Origin: Eledone cirrhosa
Lineage: Eukaryota
NCBI GenBank assembly: GCA_964016885.1
Contig: OZ024748.1
Span: 59,334,001 to 59,398,000 of the forward strand
Direction of reading: 5' to 3'
Length of the DNA stretch: 64,000 bases
A program made the position numbers and the translations under genes. Below are positions 1 through 14,270 of this stretch, piece after piece. A model generated the notes under the pieces. The model was not told the DNA's origin. It did not search any database and saw only the letters and a list, made by a program, of their open reading frames with translations. The number at the start of each line of letters is the position of its first letter. Position 1 is the stretch's first letter.

Positions 1-622
1 CCTCGGCAGGATTTGAACTCAGAACGTAAAGGGCCGTAACTCAATGCCGCAGAGCATGTTATCCGACGTTCTACCGATACTGCTAATCCACCACCCTAAT
101 AATAATTGATTCTACTTTAGGCACAAGGCCAGCAATTACCTCAGTGCATTACTGGTACTTTATTTTATCGACCCCGTAAGGATAAAAAGCAAAGTTAACC
201 TCGGCGGGATTTGAACTCAGACCGCAAAGGGACATAACTCTATGCTGCAAAGCATGGCGTCCGACCCTCTACCGATACTGCCAATCGAGCCACCCTAATA
301 ATAATGATAATTATTATTATTATTATTATCTGATTTCAAATCCTGCCAAGGTTAACTTTGCCTTTCATCCTTACGGGGGTCGATAAAATAAAGAACCAGT
401 CACGCACTGGGGTCGATTAAATCGAATTTTCCCCTCCCCCCAAATTGTGGATTGGCAGTATCGTTAGAGGGTCAGACGCCATGCTTTGCAGCATGGAGTT
501 ACGGGCTTTTACGATCTGAGTTCAAATCCCGCTGAGGTTAACTTTGCCTTTCATCCTTACGAGGTCAATAAAACAAAGTACCAGTAATGCACTGGGTTAA
601 TTGCTGGCCTTGTGCCAAAAGT
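1..622. mobile_element. Cluster of tRNA-derived SINEs (two minus copies 1-98 and 118-295; plus copies about 332-445 and 446-622)
   Basis: A-box TGGCAGTATCGG, B-box GTTCAAATCC, central gcctttcatcc..gtcgataaaat..gtaccag (Nin/Deu-like domain). Confidence 0.8.
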
Positions 623-1029
623 AGAAACAATTATTATTATTATTATTGAGATATGCACACAAAGCCAACAAGATACAGATTTTGGGAGGGAAAATATTTG
701 AGAGAAATCAACAACAGTTTTACAAATGTTTACAATGAAATACATCAGTCATTTGAGGTTACAGTTTATTTTCTCTTTTAATAACAAAATTGTTAAGTGT
801 GATATTTTGAAAATAACAATTCTCACATTTAATGTTTAAAACTGGTTTAAGTATGAAATTTTCACAATTTAATAAGATAATTGAATAAATGAAATAAAAG
901 TGAAAAAAAATTAACTTAAATTAGAGAGAGGAGAGAAAGAGAGGGGTGAGAGAGAGGGGAGTAAAATATTTAAATCATATTAAGATATATATAACTTTAT
1001 ATTTATTTTATATATACATATATTATATA

Positions 1030-1044
1030 TTACATGAATATGCC

Positions 1045-1082
<38 letters not shown>

Positions 1083-1292
1083 CGCATACGTATATGTGTG
1101 TGTGTATATATATATATATATACATATGTGTGTATATACTTATATATATATACACATATGTGTGTATATACTTATATATATATACACACATATATACATA
1201 TATACGCATACATATATATATGCATATGTATATATATACACACATATATATACATACATGTACATATATATGCACATGTATGTATATATATA

Positions 1293-1324
<32 letters not shown>

Positions 1325-1470
1325 CATATATATATACATGTACATATATATATATACATGTGTGTGTATATATACACACACATATATGTACATATAAATA
1401 TATTATATATATCCATACATATGTGTATATATATAGAGAGAGAGAGACACACATATATTTGTGTGTATAT
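1030..1470. repeat. Compound (TA)/(CA)/(TG) microsatellite
   Basis: Direct inspection; similar tracts at 11900-12410, 24775-25045, 33950-34380, 45760-46130 and 60045-60270. Confidence 0.95.
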
Positions 1471-1908
1471 AACTTTGAACCATAAACTCTCTTTACATTC
1501 ACAAGTTCCACATAATTAGTGGAAGTTTCTTTATTTTGTTTCGTTTTGTATTTCTTGAGTTCTATACTTTATGAAATACAAGATGACCAAGCATTATTTG
1601 AAGACAATGGATTAGAAACTGGCAGAAAGGTTTTCTGGTATTTTTTTATAAATGAGAACTTTGTAATATAGTTTATATAAAACATTGTGAATATGTGTGG
1701 TTAAGGTTGTATCGGAGGGGGCAGTATAATGCAAGTTAGAACTAAAGGAGTGAACACAATATTCCAGCCTTACGAATCTCAAACTAGTTTTGGCGGGTTT
1801 TTTAAAGATTTTTTAACTGAAGAATTTTGATTTCAGTTCTCTAATAAATATAGATCTGTGTTGTATGATAAATATTCTTGTCAATCATTAACATTGATAT
1901 TAAAAATA

Positions 1909-2205
1909 TGAAAGATCTTACATCAGTTTCGACGGTGAGCTTTCAAGTGTCCGATCAACTTAATGTCCAACTCGTTAAAAACTATGAAAGATCCTTCGTC
2001 GCTTTCGATGGTGAGCTTTCAGTTATTCGGTCAACTGAAGACCCAACTCGTTAAAACCTGTGAAAGATCCTTCGTCACTTTCGACGTTGAGCTTTCAGCT
2101 GTCCGATCAACTGAAAGTCCAACTCGTTAAAATTATGAAAGATCCTTCGTCACTTTCGACGGTGAGCTTTCAGGAGTACGATCAACTGAAAGTCCGACTC
2201 ATTAA
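1909..2205. repeat. About 76-bp tandem repeat, about 4 copies
   Basis: tgaaagatc.. starts at 1909, 1985, 2061, 2136; internal ctttcag..ctgaaag hairpin. Confidence 0.85.
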
Positions 2206-2653
2206 TTAATCTGTGAGTGGTTGAGTATTCCGGTTATTCCACAGAAACGTGTACAATTTCCAAGCTGAATCCACATGACACAATATGGCAAGGATGGACA
2301 TTTGAACTACTATTAGTCCTGACGGGCTTCCACATAGTTTCTGTCCACCCCATTTCATACACAAGAGGTGGAGCCTATGGTAAAGACACATGTTCAAAAT
2401 GTCCCGTGGTGGGACCGAAGCTAGGATCTTAAGATTACAGTGTGTACCTTCCAGGAATTTACTATTTAGAATATAACATGAAATAATTATATAACACTTC
2501 ACAGGTACATGTTTATATACAAAGATTTGTTAAATACATATATGTATATTTATACACACACGGAAATATATATATATTTATATTTGGAGATACTATATGA
2601 GTAAAACTGACTTATGTTAGCTTGTTTAGTTTATATATATATATATATATATA

Positions 2654-3035
2654 TATTATAGATAAGGAGGTATCAGTGATTCATCAAAACCGAGTTTATT
2701 AATATATTACATATGATTCTCCGACGATCAGCTCAAGGTAGGATCTATAACAGATCGAACCTGACTCTGCATTCGCAAGGTGCTCAGATATGTTTTGCGC
2801 TTTCAAAGCATTTCATCCGCAAAACATATCTGAGGACCTTGCGAATGCAGAGTCAGGTTCGATCTGTTATAGATCCTACCTTGAGCTGATCGTCGGAGAA
2901 TCATATGTAATATATTAATAAACTCTGTTTTGATGCATCACTGATTCCTCCTTATCTATAATAATATACTCTGCTCTGCGTGAGCATCGAGTGCTCAAAC
3001 GGCATACCACCTATGGACGCATTGATTGCAGCCAT

Positions 3036-3043
<8 letters not shown>
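2654..3043 (+). mobile_element. Fold-back Penelope-like pLTR remnant between (TA)n tracts
   Basis: 146-bp inverted arms 2654-2799/2818-2963 plus 80-bp tail; degenerate hammerhead CUGAGGA..GAAU-C-AUAU-GUA at 2830-2909. Confidence 0.65.
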
Positions 3044-3087
<44 letters not shown>

Positions 3088-3169
3088 AGCATAAGTTTGG
3101 TAAAATATCCAAGGATAAGAACAATCAGCCCATAGGACGAGTTAAGTACTAGCCATCTTTCTTTATATA

Positions 3170-3218
3170 ACAGGCTGAATGAGTGGGGTGTATAACATAA
3201 CGAAACTTAAGTACCTGT
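3170..3218 (+). ncRNA. Type I hammerhead ribozyme-like motif (Penelope-type)
   Basis: ACAGG-CUGAAUGA-stemII(G..C)-GAAA-C-UUAA-GUA-CCUGU; stem I ACAGG/CCUGU; palindromic stem III ACUUAAGU; one extra A in the core. Confidence 0.65.
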
Positions 3219-3325
3219 ATATGTCACTGTTGTAACTAATTATATATTACCGACTCTACTACCCTAAGTATCGAGTACTCTGGTGTGTTATGGTCAACCT
3301 GGTTTCTTACCACACTTCCTTTGTT

Positions 3326-3375
<50 letters not shown>

Positions 3376-6300
3376 GAGATTACAGTTTAACAGACATTTA
3401 TTTGCATATGCAAATAAATGTCTGTTAATTTGTAATTTTCCTCTGTGGAATATTTTGATACCAAATGGATGTCAATATAAACTCTTGGAACTGTAAATAC
3501 TAAATATTTGAATCCCAAATCCACATTGAGTGCTGAACAATGTAACACAAGTATTAATAAGCAGACTATATAAGACCAGTCAAACTGTCATATATCTTCC
3601 TAGGTACTCAAAGTTTGTCGATGCTAACTGACACTATCACTTCATCAGATGTATGTATGTAAGATTAGGAGATACCAGTTCAGCTAAGTACTCGATACTT
3701 GGAAAAGCAGAGCATACGTATGGTGAAACGTTAGTGCCTGAAAACTGTGCTGGCGTTGTTTCAACTCTTTTGTACTCAGTTTAAGAGACCCACAGACTTC
3801 GGAGGGGTAATATTTTATGAGGGTAGGAGGCTTTCTTTGGATACTGTACTGTAAATATTTACACTAACATCTGTAGTAAAGATATCAAGGAGAAACATTA
3901 ACATCCCTCTTAAATCCCTAGGCTAAAGTTTTCCATAGGTGGACTACTTGTCAAAACCACTGAACAGGTTTACACGCTTGCCACTTCCAAAAAACGAGGG
4001 GGTGAGTATCAACGTGGTTATTGGACGTGCTAGAAATAGCAGCCACATTTCTGTGAAATCATATCCTGTCGACATTGATTTTTTTAAGACCCCATTGTAT
4101 AGTGTAGCCAGAATAACACCAAGCCAAGAAAAAACAGATTACGTGGCCCTGGATGGAATACCTTTGATTATAGGTCTGCTCGATCAGACCTGACTTCTGG
4201 CTATATAACAAGTGTTAACAGCTACGTAATTAACTAAAAACAAAAATAATAACGAAGGTAGACTGTCTTTCTAGCAGATGTTGAAGCCATACAACTGTGT
4301 ACTAATACAAGTATTTCTTTTTAAGAAACATAAAATATTAACGTGTTTATAATACTTTAAAATCTAAACTCGACAAATAAATCTCCCGACACTCGAAGAA
4401 ATCATAAAATTGAAAAATAGTGCAAGACGTTTCATTTGTGACGGCGGCACGTGGCCTATTGGGCAGTGTTAGACACATAATCAGAAGATTGTGGGTTCGA
4501 TTCCTTGGCTGGGCGGTGCGATGTGTTCTGGAGAAAAATACTTTATTTCACGTTGCTCCTTCTACCAGGAATTGCAACCAACAGATACAATCAGCAATGG
4601 AAAGACAAATGGAAACATAGTTTCCTTGGTCCTATCTGACAATCGGCTGCTTTCATATATAAATTTAAATTATCATGAAACTAAGAAATACTATTTATAT
4701 AGTTCAAATTAGTTTAATATAAAATATAAATTCTTTCTATAAGGAACAGAGGAAGTGAAGTATTGAGATAAGTGAAGGCAAAAATGTTAGTGAGAAAAAA
4801 CAGAAACAAGTCTATATTTGAAAAAGAAAAGAAAAAACGATTTTGAAATGTGAAGCACGCGAAAGATAAGTTATCTAAGGGAGGTTACTCTATAAGCATA
4901 ATTTGAGCAATTAAGGGGAGATCACTCTAAACAGCAAGTGATGAATCCAACCAACAACAAAAAAAATCGCGAAAATAAATATCAAAAGAAATTCATTGAT
5001 AAAACAAAAGTGTTAACAAACATTTGCAAAAAAAAAAAAAAAATCCAAAATTCGACAGAATATATATTTGTTTAAAAATGCGGAGGGTTTGAACAGAGAT
5101 CAATAAATATTTTACAAGGGTGTGAGGAAAGACTTTTGATATACAATATAACGTGAAAAGAATAACAGAATAAAGGAAAAAAATCATAATCAATCAACCA
5201 ACGCCTTGTTTAATTATCGGCAAAATTTACTTCATCAAAAGACACAAAAAAAATATTTTTTGTCTCAAGACACGATTTCAGATCAATTCTTTTGATAAAC
5301 CTATTGTATATTAATATCTGAAGAAAGTTATTTATTTCAGAAATTAACGAATATTTATAATTAGTGTTTGGGGTAAATTATTTCGTGATAGGGAATAGTT
5401 TGTTTTATTGTCTTGTTTTGTTTTTACGACACATACACATATAATATAATATAATGTACAGGAATGTAAGGTTTTTAAATGTCCCACATTGTTAAAAAAT
5501 ATATAGTTAAAAGAAGTTAAAAATGCATTTGGAATCTTTAAGGTTTATTTGCAATAATGTAGAAGTTATTTAGAATTAACTTTCTTAAAGACTCTAATTG
5601 CATTTTCAACTTTTTCATGTGTGTGAGGTGGAACTCCACTCCAGAGTAACAAGACTCGTTATTTAGCCTTAATAATAATGTTATATATATATATATATAT
5701 ATCCCATGAAAGTACAATAGTTTACTTAGCTGGATAAATATTGGGGAAAATAGTATTAGGATGTTTGACCAGAGAAATACTTGCAATAGGAACCCACGAA
5801 CTAGGACAGTGCACCAATTATCCAAACCCCTCCTACATATGATGACACAGATGAACAAATTATTACTATTATTATTATCATTTAAAACCCAAGAGAAGGT
5901 AAAGAGGATTCAGAAAGTATAATTAACCTCACCCTATATTGAAGTGATTTTCCTATTGGCTTTTCCAAGCAAGCAAAAACCTATGTTTAACGTGTGAGCT
6001 GAGATATATGAATATTTCCAGAAACACCACCAGTCAAGATAGATCAAGCTTAGTTAAGATATATATATATATATATATATTAGTTGGTACTGTAAATATA
6101 TTGAAAATCGAACAATAACAATGATAAAATTAAGAGAGAATTACAATAAATGTTTTAAATAATGATTTATCAAGGTTATTTAGATTTACTCAGATTTTGA
6201 TATTGTGGCTAATGTTCTATCTACTCAAATAAATCAATTTAGCAATGCAATTCTGAAAATAGTAAATGTGCATGTCCTTCCAACCCATGCTATGAATAAA

Positions 6301-6461
6301 CAATGAAGAAAAAATAAAGATTAATATAATCATAAGATATAAACTAAAACACAACAGGATTTTTGTTAGTCTTTGTCGATTTTTAATATAAAATGTTTTC
6401 TGAACAGTTTAGAGTGGAATGTTAGAAATTTTATTGATTTCCTTATATTCGGGATGGGGAT

Positions 6462-6495
<34 letters not shown>

Positions 6496-7828
6496 GGGGG
6501 GGGGCATATATTTGAACATTCATACTTTCACAAAAAGATTTAATACATGCTGTAAAATGAGGAATCATCTAGGAATCAAAATTACATCAGAAACTCAGCT
6601 CATTCTTGACTCTTTCTCTGTCTCCATCTGAGATTTTGAACTTGTATAAAATATTCAAATTATTATCATATTTTTTTTTTTATAATTTGTTCGAGAGATT
6701 TTTTTTTCTACAATGGTAAAATAATATATTGTCACATAAATATGGTGGACATGGTACCTGGCAACCCATTGATGGATAAACAGTTCAGATCTTATCCCTG
6801 GCTCTATATTTTTGCCCATGGCTAAAACATTTAACTTGGCATGATCCGCCTAACTATAAGCCACATCACATAGTGGTATACAGCACTATGAAAAGTAGTG
6901 CATGCAATGCTAAATTCAACTTAGCCATGTGTGGAAGGGTGGTTTTCAAATAAGAAAAAAAAAACGATGGTTAGGCTTTGAGCTAACAACTGACCATCAT
7001 AAAATACACATGCTATGAAAGTAAAGATGAAAATTAAGTTGAATAAAGAGCAGGTCAAAATAGATTAGTGGTTAGATAAAGATTTCTTTTTTTTAATGTG
7101 ACAATCTGTATATTTTATGAAAAATCAAAAGAGGAAAAATAAAAATGACATTTTCAAGAAAAAAAAAAACTATCTTTATTAATCCCTCTGTCAGTGAATC
7201 AGTCCATTACAAAGGTTTGGACAAAGCAGGAGTTATGATATGTTGGTGTTTGTCATTAACTTTAAGATTTCCACACACACAGAGGTAAGAGTTCTCCATT
7301 GCGTGCACACACACACACATACACAAAGGTAAGAGTTCACCACTGCACACACACACACACACACACAAAGATAAGAGTTCACCACACACACACACACCTA
7401 TATAATCCCTCCACACACACAAACAAAACAACAACATATGTGCAACTATATATCTAGTCAGGACCAACAACGCTGAACATTATTGGGATGATGTCATCAT
7501 ATTTTGGTTTTACATAAAGGATGGTGGGATTAAATAACATTTCATACAAAATACAAAACAAATTTCACTTTTATATAAATTTAATTTTTAAAAAAAAGCA
7601 AAAAAAAAACACTGGATTAAAACATTTACAACTCAAAAATCTAAATACTTTTTATTCTTCTTCATTTTATTATCATTATTTTATCATTATAGTCATTATT
7701 ATGAGTAGTAATAGTGCCATCACTGAAGACTGGGTCTTTGGTTTTGTATGCATCATATTCATAGCAAAAATACCTGTCCCTCCAAAATTTACAATTCCTA
7801 ATAATTTCATCTTGAAGGGTAAAAAAAA

Positions 7829-7867
<39 letters not shown>

Positions 7868-8339
7868 CTAGAGTATGAAGAAGACATTTGGAGAGAAACA
7901 GAGAAAAAAAAAGAACGGGGAGGGAGGTGGCGTTTAAATCGTCTGAACCATAAAAAAGTCATCCTTAAATTTCTAATATATCACAAAATTTACCAAAATA
8001 TCATGTGATCACAGACTGATTCCTTGACCCAAGTATACTTTCAACAGACTCCTACATTATCAGGGTCACAGACAAAAATTTAAAAAAAGGGAAAAAAATA
8101 ACAAAATGTCAAACAAACAAAATAAAAACATCAATATAAACAAATTAAATAAATCAATTCCTTTAATGAAGTACAAAGAAAAAAAAATTCAAAAAAATTC
8201 CTAATTATTGATGAGAAACTATTAATTATAATATGCAAATCATTTTTTACATGTAGCAAAATGTTTGAGACAGGAATCTCAGTTGATGTGAGGTGTTGGT
8301 ATCTTGTCACTGATGTTTGGCTGCTTTTGTGGCACTTAA

Positions 8340-8548
8340 CTCTTTTAGCATTTAAACCGGCCATATCCGGCCAGAAATCTCTTACCTCTTTCTGTTCAAA
8401 CCAGCCATTACCGACCGCTCATACTGATGTAAAGGTACTGTTCTCAAAATATTTAATATCAAAATCTCGTAGATTCGATATTATGTGAGATAAAGCCTTT
8501 ACCATGAACATATAATAGTAAATATAGAGTAATGTAAATGTTAAAGGG
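8340..8548. mobile_element. piggyBac-type MITE, same family, opposite orientation
   Basis: TTAA flanks, degenerate TIRs, internal sequence matches 17779-17986. Confidence 0.72.
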
Positions 8549-10317
8549 TTAAACACTTTTGAAACCAAACTGCCTGAAACTGCCCTAGGTTCTATAATAA
8601 AAAGCTGTTTATTTTGAAGTGTATGTAGTTATTTATCTATCTATCTACAACCGTTCCCTTATAATTTTATCTAAGAACTTTTGTTAAGTTATGCTCCAAA
8701 TACTAACTTAATGAGAAAATTAACTAAATCCTTCAAATTTTGGATTGTTTTCAAAATACATATAGGGCAAAGGATGACAAATAAAACACATCGTTTGTTT
8801 TTGCTTTGAACTCTCTGTTTCACATGAAAAGAGGGTTTTAGCCTTGAAATATAGTGGGTAAAACATTACTTTGTTTTGATTATTTGTCATCCTTTTCCCT
8901 TTATGTATTTCTCCCACATTGTACCAGTTTTTTGAAACTCATCAATCTTTTATTGTATATATATTTCTTCTTCCTTCTTTTTATCAAAAATAAATCCTAA
9001 GTTTAATTCCAATCTGAAGTGAAACCCTGCAACAAAGAGTTCTGTCCACACCAGACCTCTCTTCATCAGGACAAAATAATGTATTCCACTTTACAAACTT
9101 TGTATTCAAAATTAGTTTCTTACTGAGCTGTATCACAGAATGACATCCACTACTTGTACATCTAAGTCAACACATTCTTAATAAATTAGTTGAGATTCAA
9201 AGAAAGTATTCCATCTGTACTCTGAGCCTTCTCATTGTACAAGTAACCACAAAGTTTTCTATGCAGCAAAAAAAAAAGAAAACAAAAATGTTTAATAAAA
9301 AAAAAAAGGACCTCGTCATAAGGTCAAACCCAGGAAATTATGTTTCCCTTGTTCTTTTTCCTATTTCTAATACTATCTGCTGGTTACAGATCCTGGCAGA
9401 GCTTCATGGGTTTTCCACTAACAGGAGGTCATATTTGAACTCAGAATGAACAAGACCCGAAGAGATACTGTAAAATAAAACCCATCCATCTCTTAAATAA
9501 TTCCAACAATGCATTGCCCCATGACTGTCTAAAGTCTTATCAGGCTGGTGTTTATCCCGGTTTCCAAGTGTCAAGCGACTGAGAGAATAAAACTTCCCCT
9601 AGACAGGATGTCAGTCCATTGCAGAGTTAAACCCCCAGCTACTGCTGGTACTCATTTACAGCTGAGTATACTGGAGCAATGTGAAATGAACTGTTCTGCT
9701 CAAGAACACAACACACACACAGAAACCCAGTCCAGGAATCGAACTTACAATATGATTGTAAGTCCAACACCCTTACTACTAGGCCATGCACCTCCACACC
9801 CTTATGACTGGTACTTTACTTTATTACCCTCGAAAGGATAAAAAGTAAAGTTAACCTTGGTGGGATTTGAACACAGAGTAGAGAGAACTAAACCAAACAC
9901 CAAGCCAACTCACTACCTGTAAGACAGGATCAGAGTGAAATAGCTCGCTGAAGATATGTTCTTTCAAGACTATAACAAGTACTGTATCATGTCTTGCTTT
10001 TTTCATTCCCCTATCAGATTGGTACACTGAGAGAATATATGGGATTAGATCACCCGCAGTAAAAAAAAAAGGAAAAAAAAAACAAGTCCAACGGTGAATT
10101 TGAACTCACAACCTATGAGCATGCCTCCATGTCTATTTGTTAATTCATCCACTTGGATATTCTACAGCTAGGCATCTCTATTACATCTAGAACTATCTAA
10201 TATCTATATACAGACTAATTGTAACAAAATCACAGTGACTTCAACAGGACGGAAGAGTGTTAATCTAATATTCTTAGGCTACAACAAAACATACTATATC
10301 CATATACACATACATAC

Positions 10318-10358
<41 letters not shown>

Positions 10359-10764
10359 CATACACACAAATGTATAGGGAAGTGCATAGAGGTAGGTGTA
10401 TCTTAGTGTCTAGTGTATATTTGTGTGTATGTATTGTCATCATCATCACTATTGTCGTTTTAACGTTCCAGCAAGGGTTGGACATGAGTGTATGTATATA
10501 TATAAAGTTGCAAACGATATATATATATATATATATATCATCATCGTTTAACGTCCATCTTCCACGCTAGCATGGGCTAGACGGTTTTGTTCCATTTGAT
10601 GCGGGAATGGTCGGGAGACCATGTCTCGCTTTCCCGGGAGGGGGGGGGGGGGGGGCATATATATATATATGTAGAAGTTCTATTTAAATTGTTGGGATAC
10701 AACAAGCAAATATTTTTATAACTGATATAACGCACTCAATATAGTTTCCATTTGTTAATATATC

Positions 10765-10802
<38 letters not shown>

Positions 10803-11308
10803 GTGTGTCTGTGTGTGTGCATACATATATATATATATCCTAAAGTATACAAAACAATGTGAGTAAATAACCAACAAACTCCGAGAGGGGATACTGACCA
10901 GAAACAAAGAGACTGTGATGTCTTAAGGTTGGTTGGTTAGGAGGAGGAGCAGGAGGAGGAAGTGAGGTGCCATTACATGAGGGTCAATTCAAAAACAGAA
11001 AAGAAAAAAAAATCCAACTTCCACTTCCCGTCCACTCCCACCCCCTCACCCCCAAATCATTGAAGACTGACCGGAAACTTCTAGGGCCTGCTAAACAATA
11101 GACACACAGATAGACAGTCAGTCAACAGCCTGGTAACATCCATAACAGCCGACAATGGTAAGAAGGGGTTTCTCGATCCCTGTTATTATGTATATTTGCA
11201 ACAACAAAAGTTTTTTTGAGGCCTTTTTTTTTTCTTAATATTAAACATGGCAACATTTATAACAAAAAAAAAAAAACATAAGAAAAAAAAACAACAAATG
11301 TATATATA

Positions 11309-11350
<42 letters not shown>

Positions 11351-12170
11351 GGGGGGGGCGAGAGAGAGAGAGGGTTTCCATTCAGACATTCACAGAAAGT
11401 AACAGTCAAATACATGTCTTACAGTGTCAAATATTCTCAGTTTACTATTTAAAAATTCAGTTCTTTGTTTTTTTCCAAATACAGAAAAAATTTCGAAAAA
11501 AAAAAAAATATCTTTGCAATTTAAATGTAACTCTTAGAAAGTGTGTGTATGTCAGTGTATATCTGTGTATGTGTGTGTGTGTGTGTGTATGTGTGTGTCT
11601 GTGTGTAAGTTTCAGTGCAAGTGTGTGCAACTGCGTGTTTGTATCTAAATTCTTCAAAATCTTGATCGACTAATGTTATTGCAGTTAGCTCCCTTACTTG
11701 TATATGTTTATATTAAAAGTCTCTAGAGGGATTTTTGTCAACTAATTACTTGGCTAATCTCAGCTGACCAAGGGTTTTCAACTCACTATATTATATATGT
11801 TCCCAAAAAATGTCATAAAGGCACCCTTACAACTGTATCATGAGTTAAGGGTTTATGACATGGCATATTACGTATCTGAGACCCTAATATATTTGTATTC
11901 AGTGGATGTGTGTATGTAGGTGTGTGCGTGTGTGTATATGTATATATATGTGTATATGTATATATATATACACATATATATATACATACACATATTCGCT
12001 GCACATGTATATATATATATACACATATTCACGTTTGTGTGTATATATATATATACATATATATATATACACATATTCACGTTTGTATGTATATATATAT
12101 ACATATATATAAATATACACACACACATATATATATATACACATATTCACGTTTGTGTGTATATATATAT

Positions 12171-12201
<31 letters not shown>

Positions 12202-12215
12202 CACATATTCACGTT

Positions 12216-12256
<41 letters not shown>

Positions 12257-12328
12257 TTACACATATTCGCACATGTATATATATATATACACATATATAC
12301 ACACATATACACACATATATATATTCGC

Positions 12329-12366
<38 letters not shown>

Positions 12367-12380
12367 ATATACATATTCAC

Positions 12381-12411
<31 letters not shown>

Positions 12412-12497
12412 GCGAGGGAGAGAGAGTCAGAGATGTTCAGTGGATGACATACATTCATACAATATCATTCTTTAACCTTGAAAATCTCTTTGACAGG

Positions 12498-12529
<32 letters not shown>

Positions 12530-14099
12530 CAACAACAATAATAATGATAATAATAATAATGGGCTCCTGATTTAGGTACAAGGCCAACAAATTTTGGGGT
12601 GAGGAGCAAGACAATTAAATCGATCGCAGTACATTACTGGTACTTTATTTTATCGACCTCGTAAGGATGACAGGTAAAGTTAACCAGATCTCTGACATTG
12701 GCACAGAGCTATATAGTAATAGTGAAGAGATAGAAGAGGAGGGAGGGAGAGTTCAGCTAATTGAATCAATCTCAGTAAATACTACTAGTACTCTTTACAA
12801 TCAACACCAATACACAACTGGTACTACATTTTATTGAAACCCCCTTTCCTCCCCCAATTCCCGGTAGATGTGAAATAAAATTGACCTCGGCAGGATTTGA
12901 ACTCCGAATGTTCAGTGAGATAAAACAAATACCACAATATATTTAGTCCCATAAAATATTGTTTCTGCCCTTCCATGACCCCTAATGATGAGGATTTCTA
13001 CTTTAGACTGAAGGTCAGTAAATTAAACAGAATGGGAAAGAAGGAAGTCAATTAAATCAACCCCACTATAAGACTGGTACTTTATTTTATCAACTCCAGA
13101 AAGATGAAAGGCAAAGTTGACCTGGGCAGAATCTGAACTCAGAAATGCAATGAACCAAAACAAATACTGAAGCATAAATAATCCAATCTCCTAATGAGTC
13201 TACCAATTAATTAAAATATAGAATTGAAACTTGTTAATAAAATGATTCAATGTATCGCCTTTGGTTTCTTTCACTTGAATTAAAATTATTATGCACTGTA
13301 TTTTTCCCATAAGCAATTAATACATTGTTGAGCTTTCTCACATTTGATAAAGAACAAGTGTTATACCCACTTCTATTCATCAACTATATATATGTATGTG
13401 TGTATGGATGAAATGTTACTAGGTGCTCCATACTTAAAGAAAGAAGAGTGTAGATATATGATGGGGTTTGAGCTTAACTGTCGGGCTTCCACCCTATATA
13501 TATATATACATCATATATATATAAAATATATATATATATACACACATACATACATACATACATTGGGAGGGTCATGTTCTCAATAAAAACATATGCACCT
13601 GTTGGATTTCACTTCAGTTTATTATAATTTCCCAGTCGATTAGTTTAATAACCAAATATCTGTGTGTGTGTGTGTGTGTATATATAAATATATATAATAG
13701 GGTTTACATTTTTGTTAGAATAGTTTATATGAAGCCTATCATGTCCCTCACAAGACTAAGCCCTCCACGCCATAATAGATAACTAAACAATATTAGTGGC
13801 AAGAAGGGGTGTCCTACCCTAGAACATTGCCTCAAAAAGGGCCCTAGGTTGAATATGATAGCTATCGTAGGACCCATAAGACTAACCCTTGCTTTAGTAG
13901 GATAAACGACTACTGTTGCAGTTGTTACGTTATGTTACAAAGAACAAAAAGAAAATAGATTTGCTGTGCCAATGAAGGTGAGAGGCAGCTTTGACCAAAA
14001 ATCAAAAATATATCAACGACCAAAGACAGAAAGAAGGAGGTGGGGAGTGAATTACAAGAAAAAGAAATACATAGAAGGAATAATTAATAATGTTTTCGG

Positions 14100-14270
14100 A
14101 TTTAGGCACAAGGCCAACAATATGGAGGGGAGGAGAATTCGATTAAATCGACCCCAGTGTATTACTGGTACTTTATTTTATCGACCCTGTATGGGTTAAA
14201 GACAAAGCTAACCTCAGCAGGATTTGATCTCAGAACGTAAAGTGCCATAATTATATGCCACAAAGCATGT
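14100..14270 (-). mobile_element. tRNA-derived SINE, same family
   Basis: aggcacaaggcc..gaccccagtgtattactggtactttattttatcgacc..gatttgatctcagaacgtaaag. Confidence 0.8.

Noticed and set aside
946-1519. Overlapping YI/HT/CV-rich ORFs (also 11813-12575, 24569-25113, 33785-34418, 45724-46120, 59998-60319)
   Set aside because: Translations of (TA)/(CA) microsatellites; no coding signal.
2790-2830. CGGAUGA..GAAA at the palindrome centre (minus strand) as a hammerhead
   Set aside because: Core mismatch and no NUH/stem III; the apparent stem is only the palindrome arms.
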